IMG/VR virus record: IMGVR_UViG_3300045988_123575
Location: 1 to 37,423 of that record
Direction: 5' to 3' (one strand)
DNA length: 37,423 bases
Source: a virus
Shown here: positions 8,122 to 17,709 of the stretch, in pieces
Position numbering within the stretch: position 1 is the first letter of the stretch
Layout of the letters: each line of letters starts with the position of its first letter
Position numbers and translations under genes: made by a program
Notes under the pieces: model-generated
Told to the model about the DNA's origin: nothing
Databases searched by the model: none
Seen by the model: only the letters and a program-made list of their open reading frames with translations

Positions 8122-10889
8122 GAATAAAGCTAGACATTATTATAAACGGTGACATTCATCTGTATTTGCCTGCCGAAGGGATTAACATTCAGGTTCAGCG
8201 GAACGAGTATAATTTATTAACGACAGATCGAGCACAAGCGCGCCCCCTTTATATAACGCAGACATTTAATTTACCCTTGGATGGGAATTTACAAATATTC
8301 CAAAATTTAGAAGGAGTAGAAAAAAAATGCCAACTACTTTACAATGACGTGATTGTGATTTATGGCAATTTGGTAGAATACTCTATCGACAATCAGCAAC
8401 GGGTTATAACTGTTTCGATCGTGTCTGCTTTTAAAGATATGGTCGATTACATGGGAGACAATGTTTTGTATTTGGATAAGATCGATTTGGAAGAATACAA
8501 CTACATTGTCCCGGAAGAGTTTAACGCCAGTTTGGATACAGATATGTTGTCTTTTGGATATTATAACCCTATGGACACGAATACTGGTCAGCTTCAATTT
8601 TCTCAGTCGAATATAAACGACTTCTGCAAGCCCTCTCTGAATATCTTAAACTACTTCAAAAAGATTTTTCAGCTAAACAAATGGGATGCCGACTGGGATT
8701 CGCTTCCGGAAGGATTCAAAAATTTACGATTACTTCCTACAGAACCCTACCGATGTGCTAGTTTTGTCTTGGGAGAAAACAACGCAGAGTATATTATACA
8801 GCCCGGAGAGCGTCTGTATATGAATTTAGGTGCCGACAATTGCCTTTTTAATTCAGTGAAAAATGGAGTAAAAGCTATAGATTATCCGGGGACTCCATCG
8901 ATGGGTTTGGTCGGAGAAATGTATTTGACCGACGTAATCATGAATGCTACGGTTAGTAGAACGGAATTGATAGGATTAGGGCAGGAAGATGCTATAGCGG
9001 CAGGATACGGAGTTTTTACAGATTCTCAGGCTTTGGAGGTTTTGAACGCTAATAAAAATAAAACCCTTCTACTAAAAGGGAAATTTAAACCAAGTCAAGC
9101 CGGAGGAATAAGCTTCGGGTTTTACGTAACGGATTATGATGAAGGAGTTTTTGGGGGGAGTGTTTTATTAGATGGGGGTGTATGGAATGATGTAGAAATA
9201 GAGATAGAATTTACACCGACCGTAAGTTCTATTACTAGTTATGGCCCTGTTATATTTTTAGAGCCAAACATAAATACTGCCACTTTGGAATATAAAGAAA
9301 TAGGTTTATACGATCCGGCTACCGCTAAAAGTAGTACACCTATTCCGATGAATGATGAGGAAATAACCGCCGTACAAATACGTCAGCCTAATCGATTACA
9401 AAGTTTCAAACTGAAAGCTTTATATGAATGTCCCGATCCGGTGGTATTTGGCATCGAGGAACAGGGGCAACCTGATCTCCTTTTAAATGTTTTGTCTCTA
9501 GGGGATAGTGTAATTAATCAGGTTACGGATTCGATTAATACCAAGGAGGGGTTGAACCCGCTTTCGGTATTCTTGGAAAATCCAAACAATTATCCGATAT
9601 CGGTAAAAATAGAAAAATGGAGGTTCTACAATCTTTTTAATATCTACGAAACCAATCAGGACGAATATATCACCCCGGTTGATTTCATGTATCCGGTAGT
9701 GGATAATTACCCTAATATCACGCCGTTGGAATTATACCGCGAATTATTAATCTTATTCCAAATCGCCCAGCATTCCGACGATGTGATTAAAAAGGTTAGC
9801 TTCTACGAAATCAACAGGGTATTGAGAAAACAACAACAATTCGTTGAAATCGATAGATACATTCAATGGAACGGATACGAAACGATCGGAACCCCGGAGG
9901 GATTAAATAAACTAAACCTGATCCGGTATAAAGACGATGTAAAGCGGCAGCAGTATTTTAAAATAAAATTGCCTCAGCTTCCGGCCAACGGTATATATTT
10001 CGAAAGCATATTTTCACACTGTGAACTAAATAACCCATGGAGCGCCTTGACTTTGCCTGCTTTAAAATATAAGGTCAAAAAAGTAGACGATGTTTCAGTA
10101 GAATATTTGGAATGGAGTGATATAAATCCGGCGATCGGGATGTATAATCCAAACGGAGTGAATATAATAAAGCCTTCTTTAATACAGCCTCAATCCGGGA
10201 TTAAATTAACTGTAAATAATTACGAATATAAGGCGGAGGCTAATAATTTACATAATGCAGGTATCTTCTTAAATTACGAAATATGGCTAAATGAAGGGAA
10301 GCCAAATTTTGTATTTAGTTATAAAATAAAATATGAATCGGGTGACCTACTAAATTTGGGTGGACATTTCTTGGGGACAATCTCTAAATGGTATTTTGAT
10401 GGGGTATTACAAACCAATACTTATCAGAATACGATACCGTTCCCCCAAGATCATGAATGGCATGATGTTATAATTTACGTTAGTTCATTCCCGACTAATC
10501 CTTCCTTAAATCGAAATCTGTATATACAAGGAAATAGAGCAACAGTTGAGAAGAAAAACTTCGTTTTTAGTGTAAAAAACATAAAAATAACGATGGGCGA
10601 TGTACTATATCCGTGGTCTCCTTACGGTGTTAATGGTATGCAGTTTAACAATTTGGTGATGACTAACGTAGTAAAAAAATACTGGAATAACATTTTGACT
10701 TTCTTATCCAGTAATCAGCTACAGAATCCGAACGTATTCAAGGCTACCCTACGAATGTCCTACTACCAGTATTACAATTTAATGAAGCAAAGTAATTTGT
10801 TTTTCTATAATGGTGACGCGGTGCTGATTGACGGTGAGTATGATGTATTAAATCAGACATTTGTAGGTACCTTTATAAATTTGAAATAA
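8118..10889 (+). CDS. Large virion (tail, baseplate or host-recognition) protein, 923 aa
   Basis: ATGA overlap with the upstream gene, and it ends 1 nt before the tape-measure ATG. The C-terminal region 'WHDVIIYV...LYIQGN' is lectin/LamG-like by eye. Confidence 0.6.
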   Translation: MRIKLDIIINGDIHLYLPAEGINIQVQRNEYNLLTTDRAQARPLYITQTFNLPLDGNLQIFQNLEGVEKKCQLLYNDVIVIYGNLVEYSIDNQQRVITVSIVSAFKDMVDYMGDNVLYLDKIDLEEYNYIVPEEFNASLDTDMLSFGYYNPMDTNTGQLQFSQSNINDFCKPSLNILNYFKKIFQLNKWDADWDSLPEGFKNLRLLPTEPYRCASFVLGENNAEYIIQPGERLYMNLGADNCLFNSVKNGVKAIDYPGTPSMGLVGEMYLTDVIMNATVSRTELIGLGQEDAIAAGYGVFTDSQALEVLNANKNKTLLLKGKFKPSQAGGISFGFYVTDYDEGVFGGSVLLDGGVWNDVEIEIEFTPTVSSITSYGPVIFLEPNINTATLEYKEIGLYDPATAKSSTPIPMNDEEITAVQIRQPNRLQSFKLKALYECPDPVVFGIEEQGQPDLLLNVLSLGDSVINQVTDSINTKEGLNPLSVFLENPNNYPISVKIEKWRFYNLFNIYETNQDEYITPVDFMYPVVDNYPNITPLELYRELLILFQIAQHSDDVIKKVSFYEINRVLRKQQQFVEIDRYIQWNGYETIGTPEGLNKLNLIRYKDDVKRQQYFKIKLPQLPANGIYFESIFSHCELNNPWSALTLPALKYKVKKVDDVSVEYLEWSDINPAIGMYNPNGVNIIKPSLIQPQSGIKLTVNNYEYKAEANNLHNAGIFLNYEIWLNEGKPNFVFSYKIKYESGDLLNLGGHFLGTISKWYFDGVLQTNTYQNTIPFPQDHEWHDVIIYVSSFPTNPSLNRNLYIQGNRATVEKKNFVFSVKNIKITMGDVLYPWSPYGVNGMQFNNLVMTNVVKKYWNNILTFLSSNQLQNPNVFKATLRMSYYQYYNLMKQSNLFFYNGDAVLIDGEYDVLNQTFVGTFINLK

Positions 10890-10890
10890 G

Positions 10891-13800
10891 ATGGAAACGG
10901 AAAGCAAGATAGTAACCCTTTTTGAATTTACGCAGCGCGGTTATGAAGAGACACAACAGCAATTAGAAAAGCTAATCGATACGCAAAAAAAGTTGGTGTC
11001 TGAGCAAAGCACTTTGCAGAAGGTTTTAGAGGACAGCGATAAGGAATTAAGCAAGCTTTCTAAGACCTATTCAAATTTCAACAAGACCTTAACTGCTGCA
11101 TCCGGGAAGGAGGCCCGTGAAGCTTTCGAGGCTACTAAAAAACAGATTGTAGACCTAGAAGCGGCTACCAAGAAGTACGAAAAGGAATTAAATAGCCTGT
11201 CTCAGCAGCAGGCCAAAACTACTAAGCAAATAAAAGATACGGAGGATGTTGCAGCTAATTACAAGAAAGTAATGGCTGAACTTTCGAAAGGCATGGATAA
11301 TGCAAAAACTAGTATGCAGAATTTATCATCCGCCCAAAAATATTTGCAAGACCAGTTAAATAAGACAGAACTCGGTACGCCAAAATATACTAAACTATCG
11401 CAAGAATTGGCGAAGGTTTCTACTACTATTAACACCTTACGTAGGAATCAGCGCCAACAGGCCAAAGAGATGGAAGCGGAAGCCGGATCGGTAGAAGCCC
11501 TCCGGCTAAAAGTGTCTAGCCTTAAAAACGAATGGAAAAGTCTAAACCAAAACAGCCCCGAATTTGCGAAAGTCCGCGATGAACTAAAGGCCACCACCGA
11601 GGAATTAAATAAGGCTGAACAAGCAGTCGGAATATTTAGCCGGAATGTGGGAAATTACGCATCGGCATTCGAAGGACTGGAGGGCAATTTGAGCGCATTA
11701 TCCCCCGGCTTATCCGGTGCTGTAAGTGGATTCAAGCAGTTGTTGTCGGCCGCGAAAGCTTTTATTGCCACTCCTATCGGAATAGTCCTGACGGGTATTG
11801 TTGTCGCCTTCAAAGCCTTAAAAGCCGCCTTTACATCTAGCGCCGAGGGGCAGGAAAAATATAATAAACTACTGGGAACGCTAAACGGTATCGTTACGGT
11901 CTTAAAAGACACCTTCGCTGAGTTTGGAGAATACCTAATTTCTATCTTCGAAGAACCCCAAGAAGCCTACAAGAAGTTTAAAAAATATGTCCTTGATCCT
12001 CTTACCTTCCAGTTTAAAGTATTGTACAACGGTGCTATGGGAGTGGGGCACGCGATTGCGGGTATTTTTTCCGAAGAATCCCGGGAAAAAAGCAAAGAAT
12101 ACTTTAACCAAATCAAGCAGGATTTTAACGACTTAAAGCAAACCGCTCTAGACGTATGGGATGGGATAACATCTAAGGTCGAACAGGCCCGGCAGAAGGC
12201 CCGGGAAGGCTTAGATATTGCTAATATGGAAAACGAGTTAGTCCGGAAAAGATTGGCTACTACCCAAGAACTAGCAGAAAACGAAATAAAAATATCTAGT
12301 CTAAGAAGCAAGGCCGAAGAAAGAGATAGAAAAAGTATAGAGCAGCAGCTAAAAGCCATAGATCAGCTACAGGAAGCCCAAAAATTAATAGAGCGAAATG
12401 CCCAAATCCGCGTGGATTTAGCCACCCGGGAGTATGAAATACAGAAGGCCAAGAATGCCCTTGGCAAATCTACTCAGGAAGATTTACAAAAAGAGGCTGA
12501 CCTAAGGGCCGCAATGGTGCAAGTACAACGGGAGGCAGTCGAACAACAAAAAGAAATATTAGCCCAAATCGTAGAAATTAAGACATCTAACCAAGATGCC
12601 TACAAAACCTTGTTAACGGAGGTTATCGCCGGAGAAAAAAATATCGCTTCCACCCGGGCACAGATCAGAGACCTAGAAAACAAGAAGGCAGAGCAGGCAG
12701 AAATCGAAGTAGCGCAAAGATCGTTAGCTGCATACGAAGCCAATCTACAGGCCAAACAAGACCTGTTAAAAAAATACACGGATGCTAATGTTAAGTTGTC
12801 CCAAAAGGAACAGGATGATATCGAGTTGGCCCAGTTGATCGGAGCCAAAGAGATCGAAGATATCCGAAAAGCTGCGAACGAAACAGCGATAGCCACCTAC
12901 AACAACTTGGTGAATAATGTCCGGGCGGCTCAGCAGAAAATTATTGACGCACAGAAAAAGGGAGATGAAGAGGCAATTAACCTATATACCCAGTTACTCG
13001 AAGTCCGGAAGGCAAAGTTGGATCAATTCAACACCGAACAATTAGAATACAATCAGGAACAGGAAGAGGAACGCCGTCAGGCTGAGTTGGAATACTGGAC
13101 GCAACAGGAAGAGGCCTATGTTGCATCTAGGCAAAAATTGTACGAGTTAACAGTACAGTACAACAACGAAGAAAACATCGCACAGAAGGCCAAATTAGCG
13201 GAACAAATCCGGAATGAACGGGAAGCCCTGTCTTCCATTACGCAAATAGTAGAAGCCCACGGGACCAATATTGAGGAATTGTGGGAACGGGAGAAAATAT
13301 ACGTCGAAGATGCTAGCGAGTTTACCGCCGATCGTATCGCACAGGCCATCGACCAAATGAAGGAATTAGGCGATTCCACAGCTAATATTTTCTTGAAGTC
13401 TAGTAAAAGCATCGTAAAAAGCGTAGGGAAGGTATTAGATTTTAAGAAATTGCTGAAAGATGGGCAATTATCCCTAAGCCAGTTTAAGCAGCAAGTAACG
13501 GAAGTAGCATTGCAAACCGTTTCCGAGGGTATTGACATGGCTACGACCTTAATTTCTACCAGTCTGCAAAGACAAAAGGAAGCGATAGAAGAATTTGCCG
13601 CCTTCGAACAAGAACAGGCAGAACGCCGTTATAACAACCGCCTTGAAGCGCTAAACAAAAGTTTACAGCAGGGAGAGATAACCGAAGCCCGCTACCGGAT
13701 CGAGCAGATAAAAGCCCAAGACGAACAAGCAGATAAAGAAAAGGAGATCGAACGTCAGAAGGCAAATCAGCTTTATTCCATTGAAATGAAGCAATTCCGA

Positions 13801-16212
13801 ATGGAAAAAGCGGCCGATCTTGCTAAAGCTGGGATTAACATTGCTTTGGGAATAACCGCCGCCTTATCAACTGGTTTGCCCGGTATCGTTGTGGTCCCGG
13901 TGATATCAGCTTTGGGGGCCGCTCAGATCGCCGCGATATCTGCCCGAAAAGGACCTGAAAAACCAAAATATGAAAAAGGTGGTATTGTTCCCTTTATGGA
14001 AATCCAAGGCCCAAGCCACAAAGAAGGCGGGGTTCCAGTATCTATTGGAGGACATGAAGTAGCAGAAGTTGAAGGTGGGGAAGGTGCTTTAATCATCTCC
14101 AAGAAGGCGATGAAAAATAAACAAATCCGGACGTTGCTAGCTATGTTAAAAGGAGCCAACGAAGAGATTAGCGGTACATCAGAAGGCCCCGAGTTTGAAG
14201 ATGGTGGTTATCTGACCTATGACGATTTCTTTGAAAAAGCTAAAGCAAGCCTACAGATTAAACGTAAAAGACGTAAATTGTGGGTAAATGGTAAAAAGTA
14301 CAAGCTTCCTAACAAAGGCCGGGGAATCGCACAGGACCAAATCGTGAATGATGTGGCCGAGGAAATAGCTACTAAAGAATTTGAAGCCTACCGGAAAGCT
14401 GAGTTGGCTAAATTGGAAGCTAAGGAGGCCCAAATGATGGCTGCCCAAAATGCAAAGGTCCGGGATAACGAAATCCTCCGGGAGATGGGGATATCGGATT
14501 TTGCCCAGTTTACCGCTACCCAAACCGAAAAGGAACAGCGTGCACAGGAATTGCAGACGATGATTAGCGCCTATAAAGAACTAGCCGATGCCCGGTTAGA
14601 GGATTTAAAGGACCGCATGCAGTATGACGAAAAGATCAACGAATTTAAAGAGAGATCGGCCGCAATCGACGAAGAACTGGAAACAACTACCCTGAATTTC
14701 AACAAGAAGATTTTGGATGAAATGTTGGAAGCCGGGGAGATTTCCGCAGAAGAGCACGCCAGTTATATCGATCAGATAACCCACGGTTACGGAGCCAGTA
14801 CGCAGGAAATTATTAACCTGAAAAAGAAACAGGTAGAAGCTACTAAAGCCCTGATCGAACAGGAACGGGAAGCGGAATTAGCCGCCGCGCAGGAAGTAGC
14901 AGATTTCCGGACGCAGGCCCTAGAGCAATTACGCGAAGAATGGACAGAAAATTATCAGGCCACAACGGAGGAAATATTATCCGACCTGAGTAGTGCAAAT
15001 AAAGCAGCTTCGGAGTTAACCGGGGCTGACTTGGAACGCTTTCAGGAAATGGTAAAAATGTCCAACCGGGTGAAGGAGATCGAAGAGGAAAAGTTAGCTA
15101 TAAACGAAAAATCCGCTAAGCTGACCCAAAAGTATGCCGATCTTGAACTGGAGTTAAACGATGGTATAATCCTGAGCCGGGAGGAACAATTAGCACTACA
15201 GGAAGAGCAAAAAAGAATCCAAGAAGAACAAGCCCGTTTGGAAGAGGAATTAAAAGCGAAGGAAGAGGAACGGGCAGCCCAAGAGGAGGCGATTGAAAGT
15301 GCTAAAGATGCTTTTCAGGAACAGCGCGAAAACTCTATGGAAGAGGCGTTGAAAGCCTACGAAATGAATAATTTCGACGATCTTCTAGCCAAAATAAAAG
15401 AGTTAGGCGCTCAGCTACAGGAAGAGGAGGCCAACAATTGGACCTTAGAAAAGCAGTTAAGCAAAGAACTGGATGAACAGCTAAAAGCAATAAACCAAAC
15501 CTACGACGATCAGATAGCCGCACAAGATGCGATAATCGAAGGCTATAACAAAGAACTTGAACAGGCCGAATTACTGCATGACAAAAAAGCTGCATACCTA
15601 GCCGAGGAACAAACCGCATGGGAGGAAAATTTTGAAAAGCAAAAAGCGATAATTGAAGAGGAATATAATAATACAGTGGCAGGTCTGAATAAAGAGTTAG
15701 CCGACTTAAATTCCATCTTGGCAAATCTAAAAGTAGCCGGGGTTCAGATTGGCGCCGATGCATTCCAAAACGCCATCGATGAACTGACGCAGCAAGTAGA
15801 AAGCTTACCCCAAAAATATGCAACAGGTGGTGTGATTGCCACAGGCGAAGGTGTATATACTGCAACCGGGGCATCTCATGCCAATGGTGGTATCCCGGTT
15901 ACTGTTGGAGGTACGCCGATCGCAGAAATAGAAGGAGGAGAAAAACTTTTCGCAGTGAATAAATTTGCGTCCTCTGATCCTAGGGTATTAGATGCTTTAA
16001 GGGAAATTTCTACAGTAAATGCAAGTTATTCCGGCGTCCCCCTGATTGGAGACGTCCCAAGTACGCCGTTTGAAATTGATTATCAGACCTTAGCATATTA
16101 TATAGGTCAGGAAATTAATAACAGGCCATTACACACATTTATAACAGATAATGAAATATCTTTAGTTGGAAAAATAGAAGCTGCAAAAAAAACTGCTTCT
16201 ATGATGAAATAA
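10891..16212 (+). CDS. Tail tape-measure protein (1773 aa)
   Basis: Very long, with E/K/Q/A-rich coiled-coil sequence. It has Gly/Ala-rich hydrophobic segments at about 11757-11830 and 13825-13945, which is typical of tape-measure proteins. Confidence 0.75.
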   Translation: METESKIVTLFEFTQRGYEETQQQLEKLIDTQKKLVSEQSTLQKVLEDSDKELSKLSKTYSNFNKTLTAASGKEAREAFEATKKQIVDLEAATKKYEKELNSLSQQQAKTTKQIKDTEDVAANYKKVMAELSKGMDNAKTSMQNLSSAQKYLQDQLNKTELGTPKYTKLSQELAKVSTTINTLRRNQRQQAKEMEAEAGSVEALRLKVSSLKNEWKSLNQNSPEFAKVRDELKATTEELNKAEQAVGIFSRNVGNYASAFEGLEGNLSALSPGLSGAVSGFKQLLSAAKAFIATPIGIVLTGIVVAFKALKAAFTSSAEGQEKYNKLLGTLNGIVTVLKDTFAEFGEYLISIFEEPQEAYKKFKKYVLDPLTFQFKVLYNGAMGVGHAIAGIFSEESREKSKEYFNQIKQDFNDLKQTALDVWDGITSKVEQARQKAREGLDIANMENELVRKRLATTQELAENEIKISSLRSKAEERDRKSIEQQLKAIDQLQEAQKLIERNAQIRVDLATREYEIQKAKNALGKSTQEDLQKEADLRAAMVQVQREAVEQQKEILAQIVEIKTSNQDAYKTLLTEVIAGEKNIASTRAQIRDLENKKAEQAEIEVAQRSLAAYEANLQAKQDLLKKYTDANVKLSQKEQDDIELAQLIGAKEIEDIRKAANETAIATYNNLVNNVRAAQQKIIDAQKKGDEEAINLYTQLLEVRKAKLDQFNTEQLEYNQEQEEERRQAELEYWTQQEEAYVASRQKLYELTVQYNNEENIAQKAKLAEQIRNEREALSSITQIVEAHGTNIEELWEREKIYVEDASEFTADRIAQAIDQMKELGDSTANIFLKSSKSIVKSVGKVLDFKKLLKDGQLSLSQFKQQVTEVALQTVSEGIDMATTLISTSLQRQKEAIEEFAAFEQEQAERRYNNRLEALNKSLQQGEITEARYRIEQIKAQDEQADKEKEIERQKANQLYSIEMKQFRMEKAADLAKAGINIALGITAALSTGLPGIVVVPVISALGAAQIAAISARKGPEKPKYEKGGIVPFMEIQGPSHKEGGVPVSIGGHEVAEVEGGEGALIISKKAMKNKQIRTLLAMLKGANEEISGTSEGPEFEDGGYLTYDDFFEKAKASLQIKRKRRKLWVNGKKYKLPNKGRGIAQDQIVNDVAEEIATKEFEAYRKAELAKLEAKEAQMMAAQNAKVRDNEILREMGISDFAQFTATQTEKEQRAQELQTMISAYKELADARLEDLKDRMQYDEKINEFKERSAAIDEELETTTLNFNKKILDEMLEAGEISAEEHASYIDQITHGYGASTQEIINLKKKQVEATKALIEQEREAELAAAQEVADFRTQALEQLREEWTENYQATTEEILSDLSSANKAASELTGADLERFQEMVKMSNRVKEIEEEKLAINEKSAKLTQKYADLELELNDGIILSREEQLALQEEQKRIQEEQARLEEELKAKEEERAAQEEAIESAKDAFQEQRENSMEEALKAYEMNNFDDLLAKIKELGAQLQEEEANNWTLEKQLSKELDEQLKAINQTYDDQIAAQDAIIEGYNKELEQAELLHDKKAAYLAEEQTAWEENFEKQKAIIEEEYNNTVAGLNKELADLNSILANLKVAGVQIGADAFQNAIDELTQQVESLPQKYATGGVIATGEGVYTATGASHANGGIPVTVGGTPIAEIEGGEKLFAVNKFASSDPRVLDALREISTVNASYSGVPLIGDVPSTPFEIDYQTLAYYIGQEINNRPLHTFITDNEISLVGKIEAAKKTASMMK

Positions 16213-16249
16213 TTTATATATAGTTTGTAACTTTGTAAAAACTAGAATT

Positions 16250-17707
16250 ATGGCTAATTTATACGCAACACCTAACCAATCCGGCGTAGACGCGCAAAAT
16301 AACATTAAGGTACCCGTAAACTATTCGCAAGAAAGCGGATTAGGTTTATTTTTAAGTCAGTTAAATGTGACACATACGGTGCCCGTGGTGAGAACGGTAA
16401 CGGCGGCTCAATTTATTTCAGGAAGTTATTCTATGTCTTTACCTAATGGCTATACTCCTGAGCCTTACAAGCTGCCGATGATCGAGCCTAGAAATGTAAT
16501 TGTAAATGGGGATACGGTTGTCTCTTATCTCCCGGTTAACGTGTATATAATTGGATCAAATTCTGATGTGGTTAATGTAAGTTCAAAAAAAATTCCTATT
16601 AAATTTAATACTCAGAATATATCGATTGGTGGTCAGTCATTTAATGCAATGGTAGGTAGTGCTGAGTATTATGTTATAATGTATGTAGCCCAAGGGAATA
16701 CAATAGACTGGAACAATTCGGATTTTATCGGAAAAGACAAATATACAGATCAGTATTTGCAAAGTGAATCGATTTGGATGATTAAATTCGATTTAGTAGG
16801 TGGGAATATACAACTAATCGATATCAACAATAACAATTTTTACCGAAACAACATTAAGAACTTAAAAACCCAAAAGAAAGACCTGTTAGTAAATGTGTTG
16901 AATGAAATTTATGACCTAGCTAATTCGGGAGCGGTAGGTCCGGCTGGAGGGGATTTAACGGGTACTTACCCTAATCCATCGATTGGAGATGGTAAAGTTG
17001 TAACTGCTAAAATAGCTGATCAAGCAGTAACAGAAGACAAAATAGCTACAGAGGCCATTACAGCGGGGAAACTTTATAGTGGTTCAGTTCTTACTTCTAA
17101 AATAGGTAACGGAGCGGTTACTACACAAAAAATAGGAGACGGGCAAGTAACAAATGAAAAAATGGCTAGCAATAGTGTAGCTACAGGGAATATTATAGAT
17201 GGGAATGTTACAAGCGCTAAATTAGCCACCGGGTCCGTAACGACATTAAAAATAGCTCCCAAAGCCGTAGCTTCCGGCAATATAGGCGATTTTGCCATCA
17301 CTAAAACTAAAATAGGCTCCGAGGCAGTTACGGAGGAAAAAATAGCTGTGGGAGCCGTTACCATTACTAAAATTGCGGAGTCTTCAATAAACCTTAGCAA
17401 ACTTCAAGGAACTCTATATAAAGGGAATGTTTATAGATTTATGACTGCAATAGTAGATGTTGTGAATAAAGAAATTACTACATCGGAAGATGGAGTATTA
17501 GGAAATGCTAGTTATGTTACTGATGGGGTAAATATAGGTTTACGTACTAGCCCCTCAAATATAGTAGGGGTATTAGCGAGCATTTTCGAACTAGCGGGAT
17601 TAGGAACTGATCCACATTATATTTATGCATCAAATGGAACAAACTTTATTCATGTTGGTTATAAAAATGTATCCAAATTTATAATTTTAATTCAAGTAAA
17701 AAATTAA
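16250..17707 (+). CDS. Tail fibre or receptor-binding protein with about 14 decapeptide repeats
   Basis: It carries a 'GDLTGTYPNPSI' motif followed by about 14 units of (V/I)T-x-x-K(I/L)-x-x-x-(A/S). It lies immediately after the tape measure. Confidence 0.65.
   Translation: MANLYATPNQSGVDAQNNIKVPVNYSQESGLGLFLSQLNVTHTVPVVRTVTAAQFISGSYSMSLPNGYTPEPYKLPMIEPRNVIVNGDTVVSYLPVNVYIIGSNSDVVNVSSKKIPIKFNTQNISIGGQSFNAMVGSAEYYVIMYVAQGNTIDWNNSDFIGKDKYTDQYLQSESIWMIKFDLVGGNIQLIDINNNNFYRNNIKNLKTQKKDLLVNVLNEIYDLANSGAVGPAGGDLTGTYPNPSIGDGKVVTAKIADQAVTEDKIATEAITAGKLYSGSVLTSKIGNGAVTTQKIGDGQVTNEKMASNSVATGNIIDGNVTSAKLATGSVTTLKIAPKAVASGNIGDFAITKTKIGSEAVTEEKIAVGAVTITKIAESSINLSKLQGTLYKGNVYRFMTAIVDVVNKEITTSEDGVLGNASYVTDGVNIGLRTSPSNIVGVLASIFELAGLGTDPHYIYASNGTNFIHVGYKNVSKFIILIQVKN
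16997..17412 (+). repeat. In-frame 30-nt (decapeptide) periodic repeat inside the tail fibre gene
   Basis: The reading is VVTAKIADQA / VTEDKIATEA / ITAGKLYSGS / VLTSKIGNGA / VTTQKIGDGQ and so on. The repeat also creates a spurious antisense ORF at 17074-17400. Confidence 0.75.
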
Positions 17708-17709
17708 TT

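Noticed and set aside
11655-15874. Several minus-strand ORFs of 69-179 aa inside the tape-measure gene (for example 15335-15874, 13116-13538, 11967-12359).
   Set aside because: They are antisense to GAA/AAG/GCN-rich coiled-coil coding sequence. That composition naturally lacks stops on the opposite strand. The products are Ser/Leu/Phe-rich and do not look like proteins.
16213-16249. TAacTTTG (about 16229-16236) as a promoter for the tail fibre gene.
   Set aside because: It is a -7-like box only, with no properly spaced -33 TTTG, and it lies only about 14 nt from the ATG. I could not separate it from chance in AT-rich DNA. I note only the shared 'agaattATGGC' start context with 20102.
17074-17400. 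108-aa minus-strand ORF inside the tail fibre gene.
   Set aside because: It is a by-product of the 30-nt periodic repeat, which keeps the antisense frame open.
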